The notes beneath the pieces are model-generated. The model saw only the letters and a program-made list of their open reading frames with translations, was not told the origin of the DNA and made no database searches. Shown piece after piece: positions 26,087 through 36,683 of a stretch of DNA of 64,000 nucleotides (the first letter of the stretch is position 1; every line of letters begins with the position of its first letter). The position numbers were made by a program, and so were the translations under genes. This DNA is from a virus (lineage: Duplodnaviria > Caudoviricetes), in the IMG/VR virus record IMGVR_UViG_3300024346_000006, one strand, 5' to 3'.

Positions 26087-28555
26087 ATGGCGACAAACTA
26101 TACGAATTATGTAAATCCAAGTAGCTTTCAAACAGTTTGGATTAATCACTTAGAAAGTTCAGATATTGATGGAGCAGTCAATGCACAAGTTCCGACATTA
26201 ACAGTCAATGCAAGTTCTTTAAAAGGAACATGGTCTTTGATAGTAGATGGTGTTGTAATATTAAGAAATTATGATTTTGGTTCTAGAGTACCAACACTAT
26301 CTCTATTAAATGGTAATAAGTATGAGGCGGGAGATGTGATCGACTCTTCATCATATAATGTATTTACAACGAGTACTATTACAGATAATGTTACTGTATA
26401 TGGAGAAGACTTTCAAAATCTATTAACCGGCAGTCCTGCAACTGGTTCTTTAATTTCTGGATGGGTAGAAGCAACCGCAAGTGCAGAACAAGGAACCACC
26501 ACAAATGGATTTACTGGAATACAAACCATTACATCTGGAATTACAACTCAATATAGTTCATTTGGTACTGGAAGTTACTCTACAGTCGATTCATCATGGA
26601 CATATGATACCAATGGAAATGTGAGTCTATGGTCTCCAGATTATGTTTTAATGATGTCAAACTCAGAATTTGATGATATGATAAATGATGGACTAGCAGT
26701 TGGTGATACTATTATTTCACCTTCAGTACTGGCTGGAAGAAAAGTAAAATCATTAATTAATTATGCAGGAACCGCCCAATTTACAGGAATTGTCGTAGAC
26801 GGAAGAGTTGGGGATACTTTATGGAATTATACAACAACTCCAACTGCAATTACAGGCACAACAGACCAAATACTCCACCAGTTTTGGATGCAAGGAATTG
26901 GTTCTCGCCCTGCAAATATGACATACAGTATTTTTGATGATTGGAACAATCAAACTATTATTACAACATCAAGGCCGTTTGGGGGGTTAACTGATGGTAC
27001 TGTAGGTAGTTGGGGAATAATTGAAAATAGTAATATTATAACTAGTCAAAACACACCAAGTGCAACTACTCATACAACCACTTCAAATTCTACATATACA
27101 AGAAAACAATTAGTTTCTCAGTATCAAGGTTATAATGTATATAGGATGGATGTTGATAATCCTGATACTACAATATCTAGAACAAGAGATGTCACCATTG
27201 CTGAAAGTTCTGACTATCGTTATTATGATGTTCTGGCAACCGCTGCGGAAGAAGTAGAAAACTTTGATGCAAATGTTGCAGTTGTCTTTCCAATTGATAT
27301 GATGATGCGAAGATTGGAGACTGCGTTTGGAGGCAATCAACTAGATTGGAGTTTTATCAAAGTCACAGAAAATATGAACGCAGCAAATGCTGAAGTTCTA
27401 CATTTAAAAGAAACATATGGAGTAACTGCAGTTGCGGTGCCACTAAAAATGACAGTAGGAGCAAATTTTGTGAAAATTACATCAAATCAATTAGAAGATT
27501 TTGACACATTCGGTGCTCAAACAGATGACATTCTTCAGTATTATGAAACAGAAAATCTACAAAAAGTTTGGAGAAATGTAACTCTAGACTATACACTATC
27601 AGAAACATATCCAAATAAAATTTTCATGGATTACGATACTCCATCTGATAGAACCAACAATCTTGCATTTAGTTCTGTCCAATCCATTTGTATGTTTTTA
27701 GATACTAACAATAACGAAGCAGATAATTATTTCGCAGTATTCAATAACTATAATACTGATGTATCTCTTAGCAAAGAGGATGCAATCTTTAGAGTAGATG
27801 AAAATGGTGACATTATAGGAACAAATGATTTAAGTATTGCAAATAATGCAACCATCTCTAATAATTTAACTGTACAAAACGAGTTAATTTTTAATGAGGG
27901 TGCATCAATTAGTGAATTTGGTGGCGAGTTATTAATCAATGCAAGTTCAGAGGGAAGTAAAGTTGAATTTTTTGTACCAGATGCAGATTCTGTAACTATC
28001 AACAATGATCCTATCGCAACCCATTCTCATGTATCTAGTGCAATTGCAGCACTAGTAGATGGCGCACCAGAAGCATTGGATACATTAAACGAACTTGCAG
28101 CTGCAATCAATGATGACGCATCAGTTTACGATACAATTATAGATGCACTTGCACTTAAACTAGACGCTACGGATGCGGTTAGGTCAACAGTCGGAACATC
28201 TGCACCAGCAAGTCCTTCTACTGGAGATTTCTGGATGGACACTGGTGGTGGCGAATTCTATGTAAGAAATAATTCAAACACATGGACGCAAGTAAATATT
28301 TCAGATATCAATCAACTAAGTGACGCATCTGGACTTTTGAGTAGTGGAGGAATAACAGGAATTGGTTCTACGACTACTCCATCAGATGGGAGTAATTCAA
28401 CAGTGACAGTTGCAGCTGCTGCAGGACGCACAGTTGTTGCATGGTCTCCCACTTTTTCTAACAGATCACAAACACTAACGGCAGATGCAAATGGTTTATT
28501 TACAATCATTGGATTCAGTGCGTCTGATCCTGTTGCATGGTATTATATCTATTAA
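26087..28555 (+). CDS. Large virion structural / tail fibre-like protein
   Basis: Thr/Ser/Asn-rich; ALVDGAPEALDTLNELAAAINDD fibre motif; PSTGDFWMD motif; late promoter (ORF track starts at 25994, likely start 26087). Confidence 0.65.
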   Translation: MATNYTNYVNPSSFQTVWINHLESSDIDGAVNAQVPTLTVNASSLKGTWSLIVDGVVILRNYDFGSRVPTLSLLNGNKYEAGDVIDSSSYNVFTTSTITDNVTVYGEDFQNLLTGSPATGSLISGWVEATASAEQGTTTNGFTGIQTITSGITTQYSSFGTGSYSTVDSSWTYDTNGNVSLWSPDYVLMMSNSEFDDMINDGLAVGDTIISPSVLAGRKVKSLINYAGTAQFTGIVVDGRVGDTLWNYTTTPTAITGTTDQILHQFWMQGIGSRPANMTYSIFDDWNNQTIITTSRPFGGLTDGTVGSWGIIENSNIITSQNTPSATTHTTTSNSTYTRKQLVSQYQGYNVYRMDVDNPDTTISRTRDVTIAESSDYRYYDVLATAAEEVENFDANVAVVFPIDMMMRRLETAFGGNQLDWSFIKVTENMNAANAEVLHLKETYGVTAVAVPLKMTVGANFVKITSNQLEDFDTFGAQTDDILQYYETENLQKVWRNVTLDYTLSETYPNKIFMDYDTPSDRTNNLAFSSVQSICMFLDTNNNEADNYFAVFNNYNTDVSLSKEDAIFRVDENGDIIGTNDLSIANNATISNNLTVQNELIFNEGASISEFGGELLINASSEGSKVEFFVPDADSVTINNDPIATHSHVSSAIAALVDGAPEALDTLNELAAAINDDASVYDTIIDALALKLDATDAVRSTVGTSAPASPSTGDFWMDTGGGEFYVRNNSNTWTQVNISDINQLSDASGLLSSGGITGIGSTTTPSDGSNSTVTVAAAAGRTVVAWSPTFSNRSQTLTADANGLFTIIGFSASDPVAWYYIY

Positions 28556-28565
28556 GGATAAATAA

Positions 28566-30332
28566 ATGACGAACTTTCCTTCTGCACCTTCTAATGATGA
28601 TGAACATACTATAGGAAGTAGAACTTGGGTCTATAACTCAAGTAAAGTTGCGTGGCTAAGGAAGGCAATAATAGAACTTCCTGCGCCAGCGGAACCACCA
28701 CCCCCGCCGGCAGATCCTGCACCAGAACCAAGTATAGATAGTTTTTCTCCAAACTCAACAAGTATATCAGAGGGACAGACTGTAACATTTACATTAAAAA
28801 CATCCAATGTACCAGACGGCACAGTATTTAATCTTTCGCTTGTGGGAACCTCTTCCAGTGCAGATTATCCAGCAGCAATACAAATAGATGAGCCAGTTCC
28901 AAGTACTATTACTATCAATTCCGACACCGTTTATGTCAGTATTACATTCGAAGATGATGGATTGAGCGAAGGAATCGAAACATTAATTGCAACTATAAGT
29001 GGGAATGTCACCTTTACTGATGGAACCAACACTATAACTAGAGCATTATCAGAGACAGCGGATACGGTTTCAATTTCTGATGTAGATGTTCCTACCTACA
29101 CAATTTCGAGTCCAGCATCTATCAATGAAGGAGACACTAGAACATTTGTAGTTAATACGACACTTGTTCCAAACAATACAACTTTGTGGTTTACTGTGAG
29201 TCCTTCAGAAGACCTTTCTCCAGAAAACGGTTCATTTACAATTAATAATAACACAGCAAGTTTTGATATTTCCGCAACCGAAGATGCAACTACTGAAGGT
29301 ACTGAACAAGGAACAGTTGAAATTAGAACTGGAAGTGTAACAGGTACAATTGTGGCGACTGATGCATTTGCTATCAATGATACTTCGACTTCACTAGCAA
29401 ATTATACAGTAACAGCACCAGATTCTATAGATGAAGGTTCTTCTGGTACGATAACTGTTACCACAACTGATGTTCCAAACGGAACAACATTATATTGGGC
29501 TGTAAGTCCATCAACGCAATTCATGACAAACTCTGGTTCTTTTAGTATTACAAACAACTCAGGTTCATTTACGGTTGTGCCTACCGCCGACTCGTTGACA
29601 GAAGGTGATGAGAATGCGGTCATTCGAATTGGCACATCTGCTGGGCCCACAATACCCACCCAAGTTGCATCTGATACATTCATTATCAATGATACTTCAT
29701 TAACACCACCAGACCCAGTTAGTTTTGATCCAAGATTTGATATTTCTGATTGGAACACTGTTCATGCCTATGCCAACACAATTGGATTTGTTGAGGCATG
29801 GTGTTATCTAGGATTTACACACGATTCAACAAACGAAAGAATAATTGTCACAAAGGCATGGGGGGATAGTGGAGCAATGGCAATCCCTACCAAAACATAT
29901 ATCAACTATACAGGATTGACAGGTATCACCTCTGTACAGGCAAGATATCGTGTACAAAATCAGGCGGCAAGTGGTGATGTAAATACGGGGCATATGTATG
30001 CATTTGGTCCAACTCCAGTTTTAGACGTACAGGGGCCATATCAATCCAACCATTTCTATCAAGTGCCCAATACTGGATCAGGACGATTGACATTTGGATG
30101 GATGGCGCAGGCAGACCCAAATGATTCTGCATCAGGTAATACTTCAGTTGTGGCCCAAATGGACACTTTTGGTAGACTTCCCAGAATGCCAGAGGATTGG
30201 GGCGAATTGGGTTATTTTGATTTCCAAGTACAGGTTACTTGCGACCAAGGAAACTTCAATTCATGGGCATTTTCCGAGAATGGATTGATCCGTCTAAACG
30301 CCCAAGTTCAAGGTGGCCGTCAAATCCAATGA
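28566..30332 (+). CDS. Virion accessory protein with three Calx-beta/Ig-like repeats
   Basis: N-terminal FPSAPS...TWVYNS..W; repeats of YT.S.P.SI.EG...TF.V.TT.VP..TTLYW. Confidence 0.7.
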   Translation: MTNFPSAPSNDDEHTIGSRTWVYNSSKVAWLRKAIIELPAPAEPPPPPADPAPEPSIDSFSPNSTSISEGQTVTFTLKTSNVPDGTVFNLSLVGTSSSADYPAAIQIDEPVPSTITINSDTVYVSITFEDDGLSEGIETLIATISGNVTFTDGTNTITRALSETADTVSISDVDVPTYTISSPASINEGDTRTFVVNTTLVPNNTTLWFTVSPSEDLSPENGSFTINNNTASFDISATEDATTEGTEQGTVEIRTGSVTGTIVATDAFAINDTSTSLANYTVTAPDSIDEGSSGTITVTTTDVPNGTTLYWAVSPSTQFMTNSGSFSITNNSGSFTVVPTADSLTEGDENAVIRIGTSAGPTIPTQVASDTFIINDTSLTPPDPVSFDPRFDISDWNTVHAYANTIGFVEAWCYLGFTHDSTNERIIVTKAWGDSGAMAIPTKTYINYTGLTGITSVQARYRVQNQAASGDVNTGHMYAFGPTPVLDVQGPYQSNHFYQVPNTGSGRLTFGWMAQADPNDSASGNTSVVAQMDTFGRLPRMPEDWGELGYFDFQVQVTCDQGNFNSWAFSENGLIRLNAQVQGGRQIQ

Positions 30333-30406
30333 CAATAAAAAAATCATAAATATAAGAAACATAAATGGTTATATAGACACTTATGTTCCAGTTATAGGAG
30401 GACTAA

Positions 30407-31258
30407 ATGGCTATATGGAATAAACTATCACAAGCATATTTATCACGCAATAACACATTATTTGAAGCGTTTAACCTTGCGGATAAAGACGGTAACATTA
30501 TTAACTCATTTGGAGTTGCGTCTAATATTCCTATCGCAAACGGCGATGTTGATGGATACGCAGCAATTCATAAATTTGGTAGAAATCCAAATGTAGGGAA
30601 CGCTCCAGAAACTGTTTGGATGCATGGTGGCAAATATCAATACCTTGATGTTGGGTCAGCAAGTACCTTATATGCATATAGTGCTGACTCAGAAGATTCA
30701 GCAAGTGGAGACGGTGCGAGAACCATAACAATTCTGGGATTAGATAACAACTTTAATGAAATAGAAGAAACAGTTACGGTAGGTGGAGCGGCAACAACTT
30801 TAGAGTTTTTAAGAGTTTATCGTGCCTTCGTTGCCACTGCTGGGGTTACCACTACAAACGAAGGGAATGTTTTAATTTCTACTGGTGCAGGCGGCACAGG
30901 TACAGTTCTAGCAGATATTGGAACTATTGGATCTGGAACAACATTTGGTTTAGGCCAAACACAACTTTCTCTTTATACAATTCCTGCTGGAAAAACTGGT
31001 TATCTTACAACTTGGAATGTTGGTTGTGCTCCAATGAACAATAAAGCTACTGTGCTTTTGAATTCAAGAGAACTTGACGGTGATACTCCATTTAGAACAA
31101 AAGATATTGTAGATTTAGTGGGTGGATATCATACTCAAAATTATTCAACCCCGCTTAGATTTCCAGAAAAAACTGATATTGAAGTAGTGGCAGCTGCAGA
31201 TACAAGTACGATTATATCATCTTCATTCGACATAATATTGGTTGACAACCCTGCCTAA
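30407..31258 (+). CDS. Late structural protein of unknown function
   Basis: 283 aa, IHKFGRNPNV; preceded by late-like CATAAATA at 30345-30352. Confidence 0.6.
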   Translation: MAIWNKLSQAYLSRNNTLFEAFNLADKDGNIINSFGVASNIPIANGDVDGYAAIHKFGRNPNVGNAPETVWMHGGKYQYLDVGSASTLYAYSADSEDSASGDGARTITILGLDNNFNEIEETVTVGGAATTLEFLRVYRAFVATAGVTTTNEGNVLISTGAGGTGTVLADIGTIGSGTTFGLGQTQLSLYTIPAGKTGYLTTWNVGCAPMNNKATVLLNSRELDGDTPFRTKDIVDLVGGYHTQNYSTPLRFPEKTDIEVVAAADTSTIISSSFDIILVDNPA

Positions 31259-31420
31259 TGTCACAGTTGCATTGTAAGTAAACCGGCTATATCAAATTGG
31301 TAGCCATTGTTTACCTATTTCCCCAATAAATATATTTGTAAAAGGATTAAACCTAAGCATACGGCCTAGGATCGGATCACATACATTTATTAATGGAAAC
31401 GGAAATGACAATAAAAAACA

Positions 31421-31428
31421 TATAAATA
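31421..31428 (+). promoter_or_regulatory. T4-type late promoter TATAAATA
   Basis: Exact consensus upstream of 31459. Confidence 0.75.
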
Positions 31429-31458
31429 GAAGAAACATAATCACAAAGGTTAATTAGG

Positions 31459-32457
31459 ATGGCAGATACAAATCTATCGACATCAATAAGTGCAATTCGT
31501 ACAAAAATACTGAATGACGCCCCGACTGCAACTGTTGATGGATTAGTTTCTCTTGCAAGAGCGGCAAAATCTATTGGACTTACCGAAGATACATCAATAG
31601 AAACTGCAATCAACTCTAGAGCAAACACTTTATCATCAAATGCGTCTACAAATGATATGGTGAAGTTATCAAATGCCATAAAACAACTTAGAAATACGAC
31701 TGCAGGGGCAATATCCCCATCAACAACATCTGATGATATTGTAGAGGGAACATCAAATCTTTATTATACGGATGCAAAAGTTCAAACAAAACTTGGCGAT
31801 GTTTCTGGACACATCATTCCAGACACAAATGAAGTATATGACTTAGGATCTGCGACAAATAAATTTAGAGATTTATATCTTAGTGGCAATAGTATCACAC
31901 TTGGTTCTGTCGAAATTTCAGATAATAACGGTTCATTACAGGTTACACCAGTTAGTGGTGGGGGCAGTGCAGAGGCATTTGCAACTGAAGCATATGTTAC
32001 AACTCAAGTAAATAATTTAGTAGATGCAGCGCCGGGCGCATTAGATACTCTCAATGAACTTGCAGCAGCACTTGGAGATGATGCCAACTTCTCCACAACA
32101 GTTACTAACTCAATAGCGAATATTACCAATGTTGTTGCCTTAACTCACACAGGAACATTAAGTGCATATACTGGTACTAAAAGATGGTATGCACCAAAAA
32201 ATATTACAATTAGTAAAATTAAATCAAGAGTAGACACTGCACCAACAGGAGCTGGAGTAGTCATACAAATAAACAAAACAAGTTCAGGAGTCACCACAAA
32301 CCAACAATTGACTGTTGCAAATGGAACTACACTGATATCTGATACATCTCCAATAATCTCTTCTATGTCAGAAGACGATTTCTTAACTATTGATATTGTT
32401 TCAGTTGGGTCTACGGTTGCTGGAGAAAATTTAACAGTAGAAATAACATATAAATAG
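31459..32457 (+). CDS. Tail fibre/appendage protein, cassette 1 gene A
   Basis: IIPDTNEVYDLGSATNKFRDLYLSG and APGALDTLNELAAALGDD fibre motifs; N- and C-termini paralogous to 33874-35931. Confidence 0.65.
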   Translation: MADTNLSTSISAIRTKILNDAPTATVDGLVSLARAAKSIGLTEDTSIETAINSRANTLSSNASTNDMVKLSNAIKQLRNTTAGAISPSTTSDDIVEGTSNLYYTDAKVQTKLGDVSGHIIPDTNEVYDLGSATNKFRDLYLSGNSITLGSVEISDNNGSLQVTPVSGGGSAEAFATEAYVTTQVNNLVDAAPGALDTLNELAAALGDDANFSTTVTNSIANITNVVALTHTGTLSAYTGTKRWYAPKNITISKIKSRVDTAPTGAGVVIQINKTSSGVTTNQQLTVANGTTLISDTSPIISSMSEDDFLTIDIVSVGSTVAGENLTVEITYK

Positions 32458-32478
32458 TTAAAAATTAGGAGATAACAA

Positions 32479-33600
32479 ATGTACATCAAATATGTCATCA
32501 ATAGTACTGCACAGGACACTGCATGGGATTTGATGAGACTCATTACAGGACAAATCACAACCATTGGACAGTGTGTTGGTGCTGGATCGGGATCATCTAT
32601 CACTGGAACAGGGCCAACTACTGGTACTTATCATACACCTGTGATTGGTACAGATTATTCAACCGCATTTACTACGCAAGGACAAGACGATTATTTTGCA
32701 GTAACTAAAAAACATGTTCAATATGATGGAACAACTTTTGATGTAGAATGCCAATTAAAAATATTGGGTTCTTCTGGACATGGTGGATTTACTGCATACT
32801 CAAGGGATGGACTTCAGAGTCCATTAGGGTCAACCGCCACTGTTGCCGGAATGAGCCAGCTGAGTATAACGCACACCACCAATAGAGAATATCATCTCAT
32901 TGTAAATGATACAACACTGGCGTTTCAATCAATAGATACAACAACAGCAGATCCAACAAACCAAAAATATAAGTTAACTGTCTGGTCAGATTTTGTTAAA
33001 AATGACTACGATGTAGATGCTCTTAGTCAAAATAGTAATTATTATCCTGGCTGTTGGATGGAATGTGGTTCAGAAAACCCAACAGACAACTATCATACCG
33101 AAACGAATTGGAGTAACAATGGTTTCGTAATTGGCAGATTTGAGGCATGGAAACCAAATGGTACATTTTTCAACACACAAATGGATAGTACTTACGGAAG
33201 TTCATACAATATGTATATGTTCAGAACAGCGGAATCTTCACAAAATTATGAGAACTTTTGTACAATGGTTCCTTCGCCTGCCGCAAGAATTCCAGAAACA
33301 CCAACTTCTGCTGGACAACAACCCCCACTAATTCCTTGTCAATGGTTTCCAATGAACTGGGCAGGGTATGCATACAATGATACAAATCCAGATGTTGATA
33401 CAAGATATCATTCTGTGATGTTGAATACTTACAGAACTGCAGATTCGGTTGGATATATTGGAGATACTTTACAAACAGCAGATACAACGGAGTATGTCAT
33501 TTTTAGAGGACACAGAAGTTCGAGTTATATGAATAGCGCTACAAACAACGCATATCAACCAACATGTTGGGCATTTCCAACTAATAATGTTGGTGTCTAA
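32479..33600 (+). CDS. Late virion-associated protein, cassette 1 gene B
   Basis: 373 aa, Thr/Gly/Asn-rich; TATAAATA at 32449-32456. Confidence 0.55.
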   Translation: MYIKYVINSTAQDTAWDLMRLITGQITTIGQCVGAGSGSSITGTGPTTGTYHTPVIGTDYSTAFTTQGQDDYFAVTKKHVQYDGTTFDVECQLKILGSSGHGGFTAYSRDGLQSPLGSTATVAGMSQLSITHTTNREYHLIVNDTTLAFQSIDTTTADPTNQKYKLTVWSDFVKNDYDVDALSQNSNYYPGCWMECGSENPTDNYHTETNWSNNGFVIGRFEAWKPNGTFFNTQMDSTYGSSYNMYMFRTAESSQNYENFCTMVPSPAARIPETPTSAGQQPPLIPCQWFPMNWAGYAYNDTNPDVDTRYHSVMLNTYRTADSVGYIGDTLQTADTTEYVIFRGHRSSSYMNSATNNAYQPTCWAFPTNNVGV

Positions 33601-33857
33601 TGGCGTTAATTTCTCCATCAGCAGTATTATTTAAACTTGCTGCAGAACCAACTATGGTTACTGCTGCAAATATTATAATTCCAGTTAGTACTTCTGCAGT
33701 ATCATTTAAACTTGCTGCAGAACCAACTATGGTTACTGCTGCAAATATTATACTTCCAGTTAGTACTTCTGCAGTAAGTTTTATTCCTGCAGCTTCTGGT
33801 GGTGGTGGTGGTGGAGCTCCAACTCCAGTAGATCAACAAAACTGGTCAAATTATTAA
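33600..33857 (+). CDS. Small late protein with 25-aa tandem repeat, cassette 1 gene C
   Basis: SAV.FKLAAEPTMVTAANII.PVST x2, then GGGGG linker. Confidence 0.55.
   Translation: MALISPSAVLFKLAAEPTMVTAANIIIPVSTSAVSFKLAAEPTMVTAANIILPVSTSAVSFIPAASGGGGGGAPTPVDQQNWSNY
33619..33783 (+). repeat. 75-bp near-perfect tandem duplication (about 2.2 copies)
   Basis: ttaaacttgctgcagaaccaactatggttactgctgcaaatattata begins at 33631 and 33706. Confidence 0.9.
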
Positions 33858-33873
33858 AAATAGGATTCTATAA

Positions 33874-35931
33874 ATGGCAGATAATAACTTAAACACATCA
33901 ATTGCATCACTAAAAACAGAATTACTAAGTGCAATTCCAACTGCAACTGCAAGTGGTTTGTTGGATCTTGCTCGTTCTGCAAAGGGTATAGGTTTATCTG
34001 AAGATGCCGATATTGAAAATGCAGTAAACTCCAGAGCAAACACACTTATTTCAACTGCAACTACTGACGAATTGATTAGAATTTCTTCTGCAGTAAAACA
34101 ACTTAGAAATCCAACAAATATCACAGTAACAAATATTACTTCTGTTACTGGTGATTTAATTCCAGATACTAACGAGGCATATGATTTAGGTAGTGTATCG
34201 AATAGATTTCGTGATCTTTACATCAGTGGAAACACACTAAACATTGGTGGTACTGAAATTTCGATTGATGCAGAAGGAAATGTTGTTCTACCATCTGGTT
34301 CTAAAGTAGGTACGGATGCAATTCCAAGGAATATAGACGATTTAGCAAATGTTGATACTGATGTACAACCAGAAACACTAGAAATTCAAGTTGCAGACCC
34401 AACTGCAGGACATGGAACTGCATGGCAATGGACTTGGACACAATCTGCACTACCATACGCAAGAACAACAATTACAAATCAAACTCAAACAAGTGTTCCG
34501 CTATACATGCAAGGTACATATCAAATCAATAACTTTGCAAATACTCAATATGGGTCAATGACACAGGCACATCAGTTTAAGTTGAAATGGATTGAAGGTG
34601 CAGGAGATGATAATTTAGTTTCTTGGGCGACCTCTTCGACAGTCAATCATTCCCATCCAGACATTAACAGTGGCAACACAACTAGTGTTCAAAGACTTGC
34701 TGTTTCTGTTCCATCTTCAATTACATTACCAACTCTTACTGCACCATCGGTTTCTTACACAGTAACAGCAGTAACTGGGGCATATGTGTTTAGTGGAACT
34801 GCAAGTGGTAATAATCCAGAGATTGGCCCATTCTATCGTGGTGGTACATATACTGTAGATATTAATGCTGTAGGACATCCATTCTATTTTACTACTGATA
34901 ACGGTACTGGATTTGTTGCAGGAGATTATATTGGTGAATGGACAAGTGGTGTTACAAACTCTAGAGCTGATAACGGCACAATCACATTTACTGTTCCTTT
35001 AAATGCACCAGACGAATTATATTATCAGTGTGGAAATCACGCAAACATGAGAGGAACAATTCGTGTAAAGGATTTGACAGTAGAACAGAATGAAAATGGA
35101 AACTACATCATTTATGGACAACACTCGCAAGAAAAACATGCTCAAAAAATAGAAATTCGTCCAATTCCAACTCTTACATCACAAATGTGTCTGGTATATG
35201 ATGCAACAACCTCTAAATTTGTACCACAAGACTTATCAACATATGTAGAAAACACTCCAGCATTTAAAAACAAGATTAAAGAAGTTGCTGGTACTGCAAC
35301 ATTAGTTGCACCAGATGGAACATCTTTAGTTGCATCTGTAGAAATTTATTCACTAGAATCATATCTACCTCTTGTTGGAAATACTAATGGAGACATTGCA
35401 TTTGCACAAGATACAAGTAAGTTGTATATTTGGGATGGTTCTCAATGGATCACTGCAGTCGCAGATGGTAGTGCAACTGGTTCTGGTGGGGCAGGAGTCA
35501 CAACATATGCACTTTTAGCAGATTTACCAACAACAGATAATACTCAAGGTGATCTTGGATTTGTTACCGCAACCAAAGCACTTTATGTATGGGATGGAAC
35601 GTCTTGGGTAAATTCAAATGCAAACACCACATTTTATATGTTACGAGCAGGAAACTTTGTCGCACCTTTGACTGGAACAAAAACATTCAGTCCAGATAGA
35701 ACTGTTTCATTACAAACATTAACTGCGACAATAGAACAATCAGTAAATGCTGCCGTAATTTTTTCAATAAATAAAAATGGAAGTGAATTGCAACAGTTTA
35801 CAATTCCAACTGGACAAAATACAGTCACAGCAAATTTCACAACAAATTCAATTTTAACTACAGATACACTAACCTTAGATGTAGATAGTGGTTCGGGAGA
35901 AAATTTAACAGTAAAAGTTGATTATGTATAA
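33874..35931 (+). CDS. Tail fibre/appendage protein with cupredoxin-like domain, cassette 2 gene A
   Basis: Paralogous termini to 31459-32457; GHPFYF...LYYQCGNHANMRG; GDIAF...LYIWDGS.W repeats. Confidence 0.7.
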   Translation: MADNNLNTSIASLKTELLSAIPTATASGLLDLARSAKGIGLSEDADIENAVNSRANTLISTATTDELIRISSAVKQLRNPTNITVTNITSVTGDLIPDTNEAYDLGSVSNRFRDLYISGNTLNIGGTEISIDAEGNVVLPSGSKVGTDAIPRNIDDLANVDTDVQPETLEIQVADPTAGHGTAWQWTWTQSALPYARTTITNQTQTSVPLYMQGTYQINNFANTQYGSMTQAHQFKLKWIEGAGDDNLVSWATSSTVNHSHPDINSGNTTSVQRLAVSVPSSITLPTLTAPSVSYTVTAVTGAYVFSGTASGNNPEIGPFYRGGTYTVDINAVGHPFYFTTDNGTGFVAGDYIGEWTSGVTNSRADNGTITFTVPLNAPDELYYQCGNHANMRGTIRVKDLTVEQNENGNYIIYGQHSQEKHAQKIEIRPIPTLTSQMCLVYDATTSKFVPQDLSTYVENTPAFKNKIKEVAGTATLVAPDGTSLVASVEIYSLESYLPLVGNTNGDIAFAQDTSKLYIWDGSQWITAVADGSATGSGGAGVTTYALLADLPTTDNTQGDLGFVTATKALYVWDGTSWVNSNANTTFYMLRAGNFVAPLTGTKTFSPDRTVSLQTLTATIEQSVNAAVIFSINKNGSELQQFTIPTGQNTVTANFTTNSILTTDTLTLDVDSGSGENLTVKVDYV

Positions 35932-35942
35932 AGGATAAAATA

Positions 35943-36623
35943 GTGAAAATTAAAAAATTTGATACCACATCTTTAGATGATGGTGTGTTTATTGGTAATG
36001 CAAATAATAGTTTTCCATTGAGAGGACACCATCATTATTCTGGGAGTGGTTATGTAAATGTTATAGAAATAGATTTCCCATATTCGAATATGATTAAAGA
36101 AAACTTTGAAGACGAAATTGTTCAAAGATATAATTCCGTAATAGATCAACAAATTGTAGATAATATGGGTTTTAACACTCCTTATAATAACCCCATTTTT
36201 TTAGAAAAAATCACTCCATTATATCACCAAACTATAAAACAGATTTTATGTTGTCTTGAAGGATACGGCATAGAATCTGCAGAACGCCGTAAAGTAATAG
36301 ATTTTCAATGGGAACCAGAAGTGTATATATATGTACAAACAGAAAAGAAAAGTTATAATTTCTGGCACCATCATCAAAGGAAAGGGCATTCCGTTTCTTC
36401 AACATTCTATATAAATATACCAGAAGATGGTGGAGAAATAAAATTTAAATTTGCCGAAGAAGAAATATCTATAAAAGTGCAAGAAGATAAACTCTATCTT
36501 TTTCCGTCTTGGTTATATCATGTTCCAGCAGAACATACAGGAGATAATACAAGAATTTGCATCAATGCAGACTTTTATACACCAAACAGACCATTTTTGA
36601 AAGGTCATAATCAATTTTGGTGA
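35943..36623 (+). CDS. 2OG-Fe(II) oxygenase-like protein
   Basis: WHHH...SSTFYINIP..GGEI.F...LFPSWLYHVP...RICIN. Confidence 0.7.
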   Translation: MKIKKFDTTSLDDGVFIGNANNSFPLRGHHHYSGSGYVNVIEIDFPYSNMIKENFEDEIVQRYNSVIDQQIVDNMGFNTPYNNPIFLEKITPLYHQTIKQILCCLEGYGIESAERRKVIDFQWEPEVYIYVQTEKKSYNFWHHHQRKGHSVSSTFYINIPEDGGEIKFKFAEEEISIKVQEDKLYLFPSWLYHVPAEHTGDNTRICINADFYTPNRPFLKGHNQFW

Positions 36624-36629
36624 AGCTAT

Positions 36630-36643
36630 TATAAATATAAATA
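36630..36643 (+). promoter_or_regulatory. Two overlapping T4-type late promoters (TATAAATATAAATA)
   Basis: TATAAATA at 36630-36637 and 36636-36643 upstream of 36684. Confidence 0.7.
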
Positions 36644-36683
36644 AGTATAGAATCGAACAACCGAATTAACATAGGAGAAAACC

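Noticed and set aside
33619-33783. Direct repeat considered as a CRISPR mini-array
   Set aside because: Copies are contiguous with no spacers, 75 bp long, in frame within a CDS, and no cas genes are present.
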